In this document: positions 53,633 through 64,000 of the stretch, piece after piece
Position numbering within the stretch: position 1 is the first letter of the stretch
Layout: each line of letters begins with the position of its first letter
From: Nemertoderma westbladi
Lineage: Eukaryota; Animalia; Xenacoelomorpha
DNA length: 64,000 bases
NCBI GenBank assembly: GCA_032718475.1
Contig: JAUCBJ010007556.1
Span: 10,074-74,073 of the forward strand
Direction of reading: 5' to 3'
The notes under the pieces: generated by a model
What the model was told of the DNA's origin: nothing
Databases searched by the model: none
The model's input: only the letters and a program-made list of their open reading frames with translations
Program-made: the position numbers and the translations under genes

Positions 53633-55056
53633 CGACGGTCTGTCGACGTTAGGCTTCCCGCGTGAGTGAGATAGACGTCCCTGAAAACGCTAAGTCCCGC
53701 TCCCGTGAAAACTTCGCAGTGCGCATTGGTGTTATAAAAGGGTTGGAGAAATCGTCGGAATACATCAGTATGCGTCCTTCCTCCATCGTAAAAGGTATGT
53801 CCTTCACCGAGACATAACGGATGTCGCTTTAAAGTCCTAGACACTACATCGGCGATGAAGCAAACGTTGACCGAAAATTCTATCGCCAAGTAGTATTGTA
53901 AGATTATTTGCGGAGGTGAAGTAATCGCCCAGTACATGCAACCTCGCCACTTTAGCTGTGACTCGAACTCGTTTACGTCGGGAGTATCTCCCTCTCCGTA
54001 TACGTCCGTGTATTTGCTCCTCTTACTCTCCTTATAATCCCAACTGAACATTAGATATGAGATATAACCCGTCCCAGTTTTTAGCGTGTTATACTCCCTA
54101 AAATATCCTTGCTCAATAGCCCAAAGCAACAATGGTCTAGTATCCACGTATGGCGTAGGCAATCGATCCTCTTCCGTGGGCATCCCTGCGAAATCGCTGA
54201 TAAGGTCATCCCGTACACCGGATCCGATCTTGACGATGCTCTTGTCTAACACAACGTCTCGCACGGCCTTTGGCAACATCCTAGCTTCTATGCTACAAGC
54301 CAGGTCCATGGATTTAACTATCCATTTTATCATCGCGTGTCTTTGCGTCGTTCCTTCCGGCATAGGCATCTTTCTATCACTCCTTTGTCGGCTGAAGACA
54401 TGTAACACGCCATCTGGTGCTCTAATCTGTATAGTCTTCAAAGTGAGGCTTTGCTGGTGGCTTCCTCCTTCATTATCGTAAAACATGTAACCATTCTCCT
54501 TCAGAGATCGGCTAGTCACGTCCCAATCGTCGAGTAAATCGTTGGTAGGGTTCCAAATTCTCCCAATCGACTTTTCATCATCGAAACTAATAGGTTTACC
54601 GGTCCAATTGGTCGCGATATCGGTGTCGGTCTCAAATGTTCCGACTCCAATCCATAATCGAATCGTTTTCGTTAGATATCCTCGCAAGATACAAGGTGCG
54701 ATATCCGTCCCCGCGCGATCCACTTCCTTAAAGTCCGTAATATGTGGAGGCACGTTGCGTACGATTTTCTGAACTATTGTTCTACGCAACTCGGCTGACT
54801 CTAACACATCATCATAGGTAACCGATGGGAGGAAATCCAGGTTCGAAATGATCTCCGGGTGTTCAACTATAGGAATCTCGTAAGTTGTCTCCTTCCGGGT
54901 CGGTATACTAATAGGAAAGCTAGTTGGTCTCGCAACCGGTACTATCGTTCCAGCAGAATGGGGTTGAGGTTCTCGCGTCATCTCGACATGAGGTATCTGT
55001 AGTCTCTGCGACAAACGCTGAGCAAAGGTGATACTATCGAAGAGCTCGGGTGTCAT
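53626..55056 (-). CDS. Retrotransposon accessory ORF-B: WRN/EXD/Mut-7-type DEDDy 3'-5' exonuclease-like protein
   Basis: 476 aa. ExoI-like FYDNE, TIQI, ExoII-like LPKAVRDVVLDKSIVKIGSGVRDD, YVDT, and degenerate ExoIII QYYLAIE. Confidence 0.72.
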   Translation of the reverse strand: MTPELFDSITFAQRLSQRLQIPHVEMTREPQPHSAGTIVPVARPTSFPISIPTRKETTYEIPIVEHPEIISNLDFLPSVTYDDVLESAELRRTIVQKIVRNVPPHITDFKEVDRAGTDIAPCILRGYLTKTIRLWIGVGTFETDTDIATNWTGKPISFDDEKSIGRIWNPTNDLLDDWDVTSRSLKENGYMFYDNEGGSHQQSLTLKTIQIRAPDGVLHVFSRQRSDRKMPMPEGTTQRHAMIKWIVKSMDLACSIEARMLPKAVRDVVLDKSIVKIGSGVRDDLISDFAGMPTEEDRLPTPYVDTRPLLLWAIEQGYFREYNTLKTGTGYISYLMFSWDYKESKRSKYTDVYGEGDTPDVNEFESQLKWRGCMYWAITSPPQIILQYYLAIEFSVNVCFIADVVSRTLKRHPLCLGEGHTFYDGGRTHTDVFRRFLQPFYNTNAHCEVFTGAGLSVFRDVYLTHAGSLTSTDRRC

Positions 55057-55891
55057 CTCCTTGGGTTCGGTTTGATCGTGGGATATCCAATAGAATTGTA
55101 GGCTCGCGAGCCTTCCGCCGAACTCCTCGATCTCGCCTTTCTCGTACGCCTTGTAACGCCCTGTAGAGGCTCAAAGCTTCCCGTTTCTCTTGCGTCGACT
55201 TGTTAGACTCGTCCACTACCATGCTGTAGACGTCTGGTTCGACTAATTTAGGTTCGTAAATAACGATCTCACCCGTGTTCGGTCCACTCATCTTAAATGA
55301 ATGATACGGATTCATCAAAGGGTATCCGCCTTCTTGGTAACGTAGACTTTGGTGGTATGAGCATCGCGCTAATATCGGCTCGGGGTTCTCCGAGTTCAAC
55401 CGCATAGGAATCGCGTTGTCTTGCTCGCGCATACATGCTCCACATTTGTAAAACAGTTTGTATATGGAGAACGCGTCCTTTGTCTCTGGATCCGCTCCTC
55501 GAGCGTGTCTATAAAGATGCATTCCTTCGAATTCGTCTCTAGCTGCAGGTAAGGGTTCGTTTACCGTCAAATATTGCAGCATATGATATAATCGGCGTAT
55601 CTTTGTGTCTGGATCCTCGCAAATGTCACTAGCGTCGCATAACGCATCGTAAGGATATAACGCATTGAACTCCGTGCGTAATTCCTCCGTTCTTTTGTTA
55701 TAAGCGTCCAATCGCTGTTTAGTCACATTCGGGTCCGCCTTGGATTTAGCGAGCTTGGCTGTACTCCTAGCCATACTCTCCACTCCAAACACACTAAAGT
55801 TTTTAGCTCCATAATGATTAAACGGCACCTGGTGCTCTTGTTCCTGCGTAAACCCCTGACGTAACTCTTTAGAAATCTTCTCCGCCATCAT
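55034..55891 (-). CDS. Retrotransposon accessory ORF-A, unknown function, possible metal-binding CxxC...CxxH
   Basis: 285-aa ATG-initiated ORF with CGAC...CSYH, directly downstream of a canonical 3' splice site. Confidence 0.65.
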   Translation of the reverse strand: MMAEKISKELRQGFTQEQEHQVPFNHYGAKNFSVFGVESMARSTAKLAKSKADPNVTKQRLDAYNKRTEELRTEFNALYPYDALCDASDICEDPDTKIRRLYHMLQYLTVNEPLPAARDEFEGMHLYRHARGADPETKDAFSIYKLFYKCGACMREQDNAIPMRLNSENPEPILARCSYHQSLRYQEGGYPLMNPYHSFKMSGPNTGEIVIYEPKLVEPDVYSMVVDESNKSTQEKREALSLYRALQGVRERRDRGVRRKAREPTILLDIPRSNRTQGDDTRALR

Positions 55892-55925
55892 ATACGCGTA
55901 TATATGGTTACATATCGTTACGTTT

Positions 55926-55955
55926 CTACTAGATGAAGCACAAAATAGAGGTTAG
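55926..55955 (-). promoter_or_regulatory. Candidate 3' splice site for accessory-cassette mRNA
   Basis: CTAAC branch point, pyrimidine tract CTCTATTTTGTGCTTCATC, then TAG/TAG, ~35 nt before the ORF-A ATG. Confidence 0.6.
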
Positions 55956-56630
55956 ATGTGAGGTGACTTAGAGTTTGTCGGCTTTTGGCTCAACTTTGCT
56001 CTAAAACCCCAACCCATTTGCCTAATGACTTCGGGTTCGCGTGATTTCGCACTGGCTCCTAATCCAAAAAATGTGCTGATAAAAAACGAATTCCGGGTAA
56101 ACTAGCCGCGAGTCTTAAATACTCACCTTTTAATTTCCCAAACTACATTCCCAAAGAAATAATGCAGTCGAGAATTAATTCGGTCTAAATAATAGTAGAC
56201 ACGACTACGTAGAACAAGGCCGATTTTCTTTTCCAAAAAAATTTATTGGTAGGCTCGGAAGCCTTCCATCCACTCTTGTCCTCCCCAATTTTAATTTTTT
56301 TATCTAGCTGTATTCTAGAATTCGCATTCACTGGAGAATCATTTTTCTTAAATTTAAATCCAACTAAATGGATTTGTCTAATAATTTTTGAAAAATTGTC
56401 TCACTTGTGGGTTCCAAGTGGAATTCCATTCCTACTGTACGTACACACAATCCCGCTCCTATGTGATACATAAGGGTACTACCCTCCATGTTCACATATA
56501 AAGACAATGGAATTCCACCGCTGTCTCTATCTATAGTGAAGAGGATTACAAATGCACATACAGTAATACAAAATACTAAATTACTAAAATACGGTAAGTC
56601 TATGTGGCGGCCAACAAAGGTCCCACATCT

Positions 56631-59600
56631 CTATTTACTAATATTGGGTGGAGATTTGTAGTCTCCTGTCTCGTTTCTAGTCTCCTCAAGGAGTACGAGA
56701 CGTTGTACAGGTCTGTCTACGGTACGACCGTCGATAGTCCTTACAGTAACTGTCCTTACTACACCAGATGTAGGGTGCGTGGTCAAAATGACTCCAGTCA
56801 GCCAAAACCGTCTTTTCAGATTGGCTTCAGCCAATAAAACGTGGTCACCGCGTCTCAAACATCGGGTATTAAGATACCAAGAGGTTCTGGTCGAAATAGA
56901 GGGCAAATAATATTTCTGCCATATTTCCCAGAATTTATTTGCAAGCAATTGAGTGATTTTCCAAGCTTTGTTGCCGTATCCGTCGCTATCAACGGGTACC
57001 GAAATGGGCAACAATGTCGTCGGCGCCTGCATAAGCAGGTGCGCTGGTGTCAAGTCAAACTGTACATCGTTATTGTCTGGGATCAAAGCGATCGGTCTAG
57101 TGTTTAAAATCGCTTCGATTTCTATTAGTAACGTCGTCAGTTGGTCGTCTGTCAAAATGTGTTGCGTCGGTATTACTTTAGCCATAGCTGTCTTAATTGA
57201 GCCAATCAACATTTCCCAAACGCCGCCTCTCCACGGACTGTCTGGAGTATTAAAATACCAAACAATACGGTGAGGACGTAGTTCCTCGGAAATCTGGTTT
57301 TGGTCCAACTTCCTTAAAGCCCTGGTTATTTCGTTCCGTGCACCCACAAAGTTTGTCCCTTGGTCACAATAAATGGATTTGACCAATCCACGTCTAGCGA
57401 TAAATTGCCGTAAGGCTAGGATAAAGGCATTGGTGGTCAAATCTGTCACACGCTCAATATGGACAGCTCTGCTGGCCATGCAAGTGAAGATCAATCCCCA
57501 ACGTTTTACCTGTACCCTTCCGAGTTTCGCGATTATGGGTCCAAAACAGTCTATCCCTGTCTCAGTGAAAGGGGGTCTAAACGCCTGTAATCTCGCTAGT
57601 GGTAGTTCACTCATTTCTTGGTGTCCTATCCTCGCGTGCACCTTCTTACAAATCATACAGTTCCGTGTTGCTGAACTCAGTGCCTTACTAGGTCTAATCA
57701 GTACAAACCTCAATCGTAAGTGTGATAGACAGTGGTGTCTACCCACGTGTTTGAGTTGTACATGTGCGTCCAGTATCATAGCGCGCTGTAATTCATGGTG
57801 TTGCGGTATGATCATAGGATACCTAAAGTCTAGTGCAAAGTCGATGTTTTGGAGTCTGGACTTGTGACAAAGTAAGCCCCGGTAAATAATCGGACTCCAA
57901 CTCAAAATCGGTGAAGACTTGATCTGTTTACCTTGGTTGATCGCTGTGAACTCTCGTGCGAAATATCGCAATTGATAATGTCTAATGATATCAACTTCAC
58001 AATGACCAACTTCCTTTAAGGTAAGTCTTCTAGGAAAGTCGCGTTTGCCTCTGGCATATTGTCTCAAACATTTGAGCCATGCTAACTTGCGGCACGTGTC
58101 AGTCCATGATCTAGTTAGGTTTACTATCCTGTCAACGTAAGTGTTAGTGACGTCATCAGGTAAGGTATAGTCATAGTGTGGATACTGTCTGGACTTGGTA
58201 GGCCCATGGGCCTTCCGGTAGGTTTGTCTGAGTCCCCAAGTATGTCAATCTCTACGGTCTTACCTTTACCATCCGCTCCTAATATGTCAACTGGCAGTAA
58301 CGGTTTCAACTCTACGTCTGGCGAAAGTCTGGCGTAACTTCTGTCAGAAAGTCTGGTCTAAAGTCTGGTGGACAGTCTGTCGAGATGTCTGGTGGAAAGT
58401 CTGGTGAGACGTCCTGTAGACATTCTGTCGAGAGTTCCATAAAACAGTCTGGCGAACAATCCGGAGAACAATCTGGTGTCGCTTCTGGTGAATAATCTGG
58501 CGAGTAATCTGGTGAACAATCCGGCAAAACGTCTGGTGAAATCTCCCGCGGAACATCCGGTGAAAGATTCGTACGAACGTCTGGTCGAGAGTCTGGTGAG
58601 ACTTCTGGCATAATGTCAGGTCTAGCGTCCAGGTCATCAGATTTCGTCCGTCCTTGTTTTATCTTGACCTTGGCATTGGCTTTCGCTTTTGATTTGACAA
58701 CCTTGTCGATTTTTATCTCGGCACCCTCTGGTATGGTATTGGTTGTCGCATCAAATAACGGTGGCCATTCGTCTGATGGTCGCTGTAGGAAATTGGGTCC
58801 TCTAAACCAAAAGGATTTATTGTCCGGTTTACAAAAGTCAAGCGGTTGCATTCCCCGTGACGCGATGTCGGCTGGGTTCAGCTTCCCTGGACAGTGACGC
58901 CAATCTTGTTTGAGCGACCGGTCTAATATTTCAGCCCGTCTTTTGGCTACGAAAGTCTTGAACTCGAACGCTTCGTTGTTTATGTACCAAAGTACCAACG
59001 TCGCATCCGTCCAATAGGTGACCTTCAAGTTAGCCTCCAGCTCGCGTTGAACTAGACTGACAATATCGGTGGATATCATCCCAGCTTGCAGCTCTCCACG
59101 AGGTACAGTCATATACTTCAATGGCATTGTTCTAGCCCTAGAAGTAACGAGAGACACATTGTAGCTGTCCGATGTCACTTGTCATCTAAGGTATAAAGTA
59201 ACCCCCAATCCATCCTTGCTAGCGTCACTAAAGCTGTGAAGCTCTAAATCGGCAGGAAAGGTGGTCTGCAAAGGAAAGTATACCCTTGGTATGGTATAGT
59301 CTTGTAGGAACGTCAGTTGGGCTTCCCAGTCCCTCCATTGCTCAGCTAACTTTTCTGGGATGGGGTCGTCCCATTCCAGTCCGGCTTGCCAAATGCTGCG
59401 GAGTATGATCCTAGCACGTAGGATCACTGGACTAATGAAACACAATGGGTCATACAATCAACTCATGGTCGATAAGCAAGTCCTCTTAGTGAGAGGTCTA
59501 GTCTGGTCGTTGGACCTTACACGTACCCTAAAATTGTCGGTGTTAGGGTCCCAACTAAGTCCTAATACTTTGGTCGTTGGTAGAGGTTCTAGGTCTAACT

Positions 59601-62600
59601 CCAAGTCACCTCCACTGCGATCAGTCGGGTCAAATGAGTTCACTAGTTCGGGTTCGTTGGAAGCGAACTTCGTCAGGCGGAATCCGCCCTCAGCGAGACA
59701 ATCCTGGAGTTGGTGTGCTATGGTTGTAGCGCGCTCCAAAGTGTCACAACTCTTGAGGCCGTCATCCACGTAGAAATCTCATTCCACTGTCCGAACTACT
59801 TCTGGGTCAAATTGGTCTCGTCTGTCCAATGCGGTCTGCTTTAAGGCGTACATGGTGCAGTTGGGGCTGTCCCTGGCTCCGAAAACTCGTACCTGCATTT
59901 GGTAAGTTTCTGGCGGAAGTTCTAAATTTCCGTCCGGATACCAAAGAAACCTCAGACTGTCCCTGTCCCGCTCCAAAGCCTTAACGTGGTGAAACATGGC
60001 CTCTACGTCACAGGTGAAAGCCACTTTGCGTTGTCTAAAACGCATTAGGACTCCCATGAGGTAATTATTCATATTCGGCCCGTCCATCAATTCGCTGTTC
60101 ATAGACATCCCTTGGTAAAGCGCGGCGCAGTCGTTGACTACACGCATCTTGCCAGGTTTGTCCGGGTGTCGAACAAAATGATGTGGCAGGTAATATGTCT
60201 GGTCTGTGGTTACCTCGGGATTTAACATCCTAATGGCGTATCCCTTTTGGGATACGTCTGAAGTTGCGCATTGTATTGCATATGGGCCGTCTCGTCTCGC
60301 AACAATCGCTGCCTTATTGATTTGAGTCGCCTCAAAGCAAGCGGGTAATTGTTAACAACCTTAGGTTGTCCATTTGCGCCACAACATGCCAACCTCATAG
60401 TGGCCATTCGCGGTCTGGCGAATGGTATCTCTCATAATATTTAATGACCGTTTTTCCTGTTCTGACATAGTGGTCTCGTAACTACCGGGTTCTGCTGAGT
60501 CCTGTTCCAACCATTGAATGGTCCGTTCAGTCAGCAGTCGGTCAAGCGCTGCTTGCACTGCGCCATGGTCCTCGTCCACATCTTCGTCCGCTGCGGCGGC
60601 TAGTGTCAATGTGTCTGGTAGGCTTGCAAGCCTTCCGGTGTCACTAGTCGGCGTCAAATCATCGTGCGGCGGTTTGACAACTTCTTGATCTGTCGGTAGG
60701 CTCGCAAGCCTTCCAAGATCAACGACCGGTGTCGAAGCCTGGTGGGTGGGGTCAATGACCTTTGGATTTTTCGGTAGGCTCGCAAGCCTTCCAAAACCCT
60801 CGTTCATCGAGTCATCCACAGCAACAACCCTTTGGTCTTCGGTAGTCAATACAACCTGGTCTACTGCAAGTAGTTGTAAGTCAGAGGTCCGTGTGGTCGT
60901 GTCCAGATCAGTTACGTCAGTATCGGTTGCGTCTGCGTTTGCAACGCAAGTCTGTCGTAGTGCCGTCCGTACAATTGGACCATGGGAGTGTGAAGGAGAA
61001 TTATCTATCGTAGTTGTCAATAAACTACACGTACTCAAAACGTCGTCCTCCTGGTCACTTACCTCTAGTGAATGTACTGGTGCTCTAGTATACCAACCTA
61101 TGGGAGTTCTACATGCGTAGGGGTTGCCCGCTGTAATAACAGATGGGCGTGTCTCCCATACCTGATGTAAGTTAAACTGGTCTGTCCCGATTAACATCGC
61201 GATGGAACGATAGTTAACAGGACATTCCGGTATTCCAAGGTGTCGGAAATACTTACAATCTTCCGGTGATTGCTCTGGCACAGGGCCAAGCAAGTTACTA
61301 AAGTCCTTCGTAGCTGCAAAGGTCAAATTTCTTACTGGAAGTAATGAGCGCTCCTCCTTGCTGTGTTCCGCTTTGGAAAGAAGAGTGTCTAAGGTTAGTT
61401 TTACTCTCATCACAGGAATCGCTCTCTTACCATGCATGCTGCTTACAGTATACTGAGCAGTCTTACCTTGACTCATGTCTGTAACCACGTCGGCTACTTG
61501 TTCGTCGACATAACTATGGGATGACGCAGCGTCCAAGATAGCGTATATACGCTTGCTCCCTCGGGTTCCAGTAATCTTTATAGGAATCACGCTAAACCCT
61601 TTCAATTGGTTCTGTGTGAGGAGTGTTACCGATGGCTGTTCCTCACCCGCATGCACGTAAAATGTGTCGTCTTCCTCCTCGTCATCGTCCGATGATCCCG
61701 ATTGATCCATACAATCCGTGTAGAAAGTACGAATCTCGCGCGGCACACGCTCCTTATAAAGCGCGTCGCATCTAGCCGCTTTATCTGGATGCTCTCGTCG
61801 AAAGCGTCTGGTCGGAGTATGACTGGTAGTGTGAAGTAACGCGTCATGGTTACGTCCACACAGAGGACATGTATCGTCGCTCGGGCAATCCTTCCGGACG
61901 TGTCCTGGCTTCGTACATCTCCAGCAAGAATCCAAAGATCGAATTTGAAGTCTTCTCTCTTCGATTCCTAACTCCTTAAAAGCGCGACATCCACGTAGTT
62001 TATGTCCACTATGGTTTCTGCCGTTCCGCTCGCAGTATGAGCATCCCGCAAAGTCCGCCGGCAACTGTTGTCGTGGCTGCGTGGTGCCGATAGGCGTCAG
62101 AACTTTAGAAGTCTCAGTAGGGGTGGCGTAGGTAACGGCTTTCGCGTTCGTCGGAAATGGTTTAGTCCGATTCGGCGCATAAATAGCTATCCCTTCTGCC
62201 GTGATATGATGATCGGTATAGTTCGATCGAGTCTCGATCACGGCCTCCCGCGAAATCAGTTGGTAGACGTCGGTGAGTTTTAGTAGCCCGCCGGCCTCTT
62301 CACGCTGGTACTCGATGCGTCGCCATTCTCGTCGAAGTCGATGATGAAGTCTACCGATTATTCGAATGAGAACCGTCGGTGCGTTAGCGTATTCGAGTTG
62401 TCCAATGGACCGTAAAGTCCCTATAGCGTTCTTAATTTTGTCCGCGAGTCGTAATAGGTCGATCGGTTTCAAAATGCTGCCTCCTCTGCAGAGGTCTTCA
62501 ATAATGGATTTAGCCATGGCGACATTACCTCCGTAAATCGAATATAGACGGTCGTACGCCAACTCAAAGGCATCTGGAACACCAATAAAGGTTTCCGCTA

Positions 62601-64000
62601 ATCGTTTCGGCTCACCAGACAGGACTAGGAGCAAGTAATTAAACTTCTCCGTTGAGGTGAAAGCGCACTTAGCGATCTGGGACTCTACGTAGTCTACCAA
62701 TGTTCGCCAGTGTTTCGCATTGCCAGAGAACTTCGGCAGTTGTTGTGTTGGTGTGGTAATCCGTGTCTAGCTGCAAATTTCACAATCTCGCTAACGAAAT
62801 CCAACTGTCCGCGTCCCTGTTCGGTTGCGTCGTCCAGTCGTTCCCTTCCGCGCGTTGTTCGTCGGTAGGAATTATTAACGGGATCTTCTTCTCGATGGGT
62901 CGGAGTCTGTCTAGTCTCCTGTTCTCTCCTTGGTGGTCGATGTTGTCTAGGTTGTTCTAACTCCATGCTGGTTCGTGATCGATCCGACGGTTGCGCTTCG
63001 AGTCGCTCTTCGAGTTGAGCTAGTCGGTCTGTCATCTCGGTGAACTGTTTGGCGCTGATCGTCTCCACTGGTTGCAACGTGGGTTTCTGCAAAGGTGTTT
63101 CTCGTGGAGGATTGTCGATGTAGGGGTTCGTCGCGCTCTCCTCCCGTTTGTAATCAGCCGCAGCTGCCGCTCCAGTACGGAATATTTCCCGTTCCGTCGA
63201 CTCCGAGTCACTGGATGAGTCGCTGTCATCCGGATAAGGTGGTTGGTGGGTACGCGTCCGGCGTATTACCTTTTGTCTCACTCGTTGGGGTCCAGAATCT
63301 ACGGTTCTCCGTCGTTCGGTAGGCTCGCAAGCCTTCCACGAAGTCGTAGGTCTCGATAAACGTTGTTCGATCCTGCGGGTACTACCCACATCCGTCCTCC
63401 TCCGTTGTTCGTTAGGCTCGCAAGCCTTCCACGAAGTCGTAGGTCGCGTCGAACATTGTGTCAAAGGTCGAGTAAAGTAGTTCGGTTTCATAGTCGGTCT
63501 ATAAATAACTGGGTTCGCACCAGACGTCACAGGTTTAACTTGTAATGGTTTACTCACCTGTTTTACCATCATAAACGCAGGTTCGTCTCTCTCTACAAGT
63601 AAACTACAGCTTACTGTAGGTGGACTACTTATCTTACCTGCGAGAATCGGCGATGAAGTCGCTCGTGGCTGCGGAATCGATTCCGATATAACAAACCTAT
63701 TACCTTGTACGGGTGATATTTCCTTCGGTTTTGCAACCATAACCGGTTTTACTGGAGTCGTGGGTTTGAGCATAGGAATAACTTGGGGAAAACGTTTACA
63801 GTAATCCTCGACGAACTCCTCTCCTAGATCTATCGCTCCTACACTTCCTTCCTCGATTCGCTTCTGAATTCCACGATACCGAGTCTCCATGCGATCCAGG
63901 GCAGACAAGTCATGTCCGGCTCGAGATCTTATAGATCTATCTCTCGCGTCGAGTTTGAGGTCCTCTTGCGCGTTCGCCGCCTCGCGCGATCTGCGATTTA
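56631..64000 (-). pseudogene. BEL/Pao gag-pol polyprotein with several frameshifts and in-frame stops (runs off the window end)
   Basis: Domain order: gag (DUF1759-like KFNYLL..LSGEP; knuckles CWRCTKPGHVRKDC, CPLCGRNHDALLH), protease AILDAASSHSY, RT (YYLPHH, RVVND, DVEAMF, FGARDSP, FYVDD), RNase H (LHSFSDAS, YWTDA, NPADIASRG), integrase (H..H..C..C, DCFG, DQGTNF, WRGGVWE), C-terminal FW..W...Y and RPVQRL. Confidence 0.95.

Larger units (their letters stand above)
45267..64000 (-). mobile_element. Giant BEL/Pao LTR retrotransposon plus a tandem, internally deleted copy sharing an LTR
   Basis: Sense order: gag-pol, three accessory ORFs, 3' UTR, PPT, LTR, 5' UTR, gag 5' part, deletion, PPT, LTR. 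Confidence 0.88.

Noticed and set aside
59182-59781. TGA readthrough or selenocysteine recoding in pol
   Set aside because: The same polyprotein also has several frameshifts, so decay is sufficient.

Overview
Eukaryotic (animal-type, invertebrate-like) AT-rich genomic window with no prokaryotic features. Host genes: the first two coding exons of a CDKL5-like kinase (-), a ubiquitin-like/4-TM protein with a GVGTGSP minisatellite (-), an intronless SLC35D-type nucleotide-sugar transporter (-) and Mediator subunit Med29 (-; one-base frameshift). The rest is repeats: CR1/L2-group LINE fragments, two CAGT-terminal DNA elements with 5-bp TSDs, a hATw-like element with a 7-bp TSD and decayed transposase, a ~14.6-kb 35-bp satellite with higher-order structure, and a very large decaying BEL/Pao LTR retrotransposon (45267 to >64000, -) in a three-LTR-type tandem arrangement. 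The most unusual item is that BEL element. Downstream of integrase it carries a ~3.8-kb accessory cassette (Cys/His ORF, WRN/EXD-type DEDDy 3'-5' exonuclease-like ORF, triple zinc-knuckle ORF) behind an env-like splice acceptor. It has no canonical TGG primer-binding site and carries a tRNA-like segment in its 3' UTR. It also has 12 co-oriented copies of a 20-nt hairpin (sense GGAAGGCYnnnnRGCCTACC) kept in all three reading frames and in non-coding DNA, including one compensatory stem change. All calls are by eye; no searches were run.
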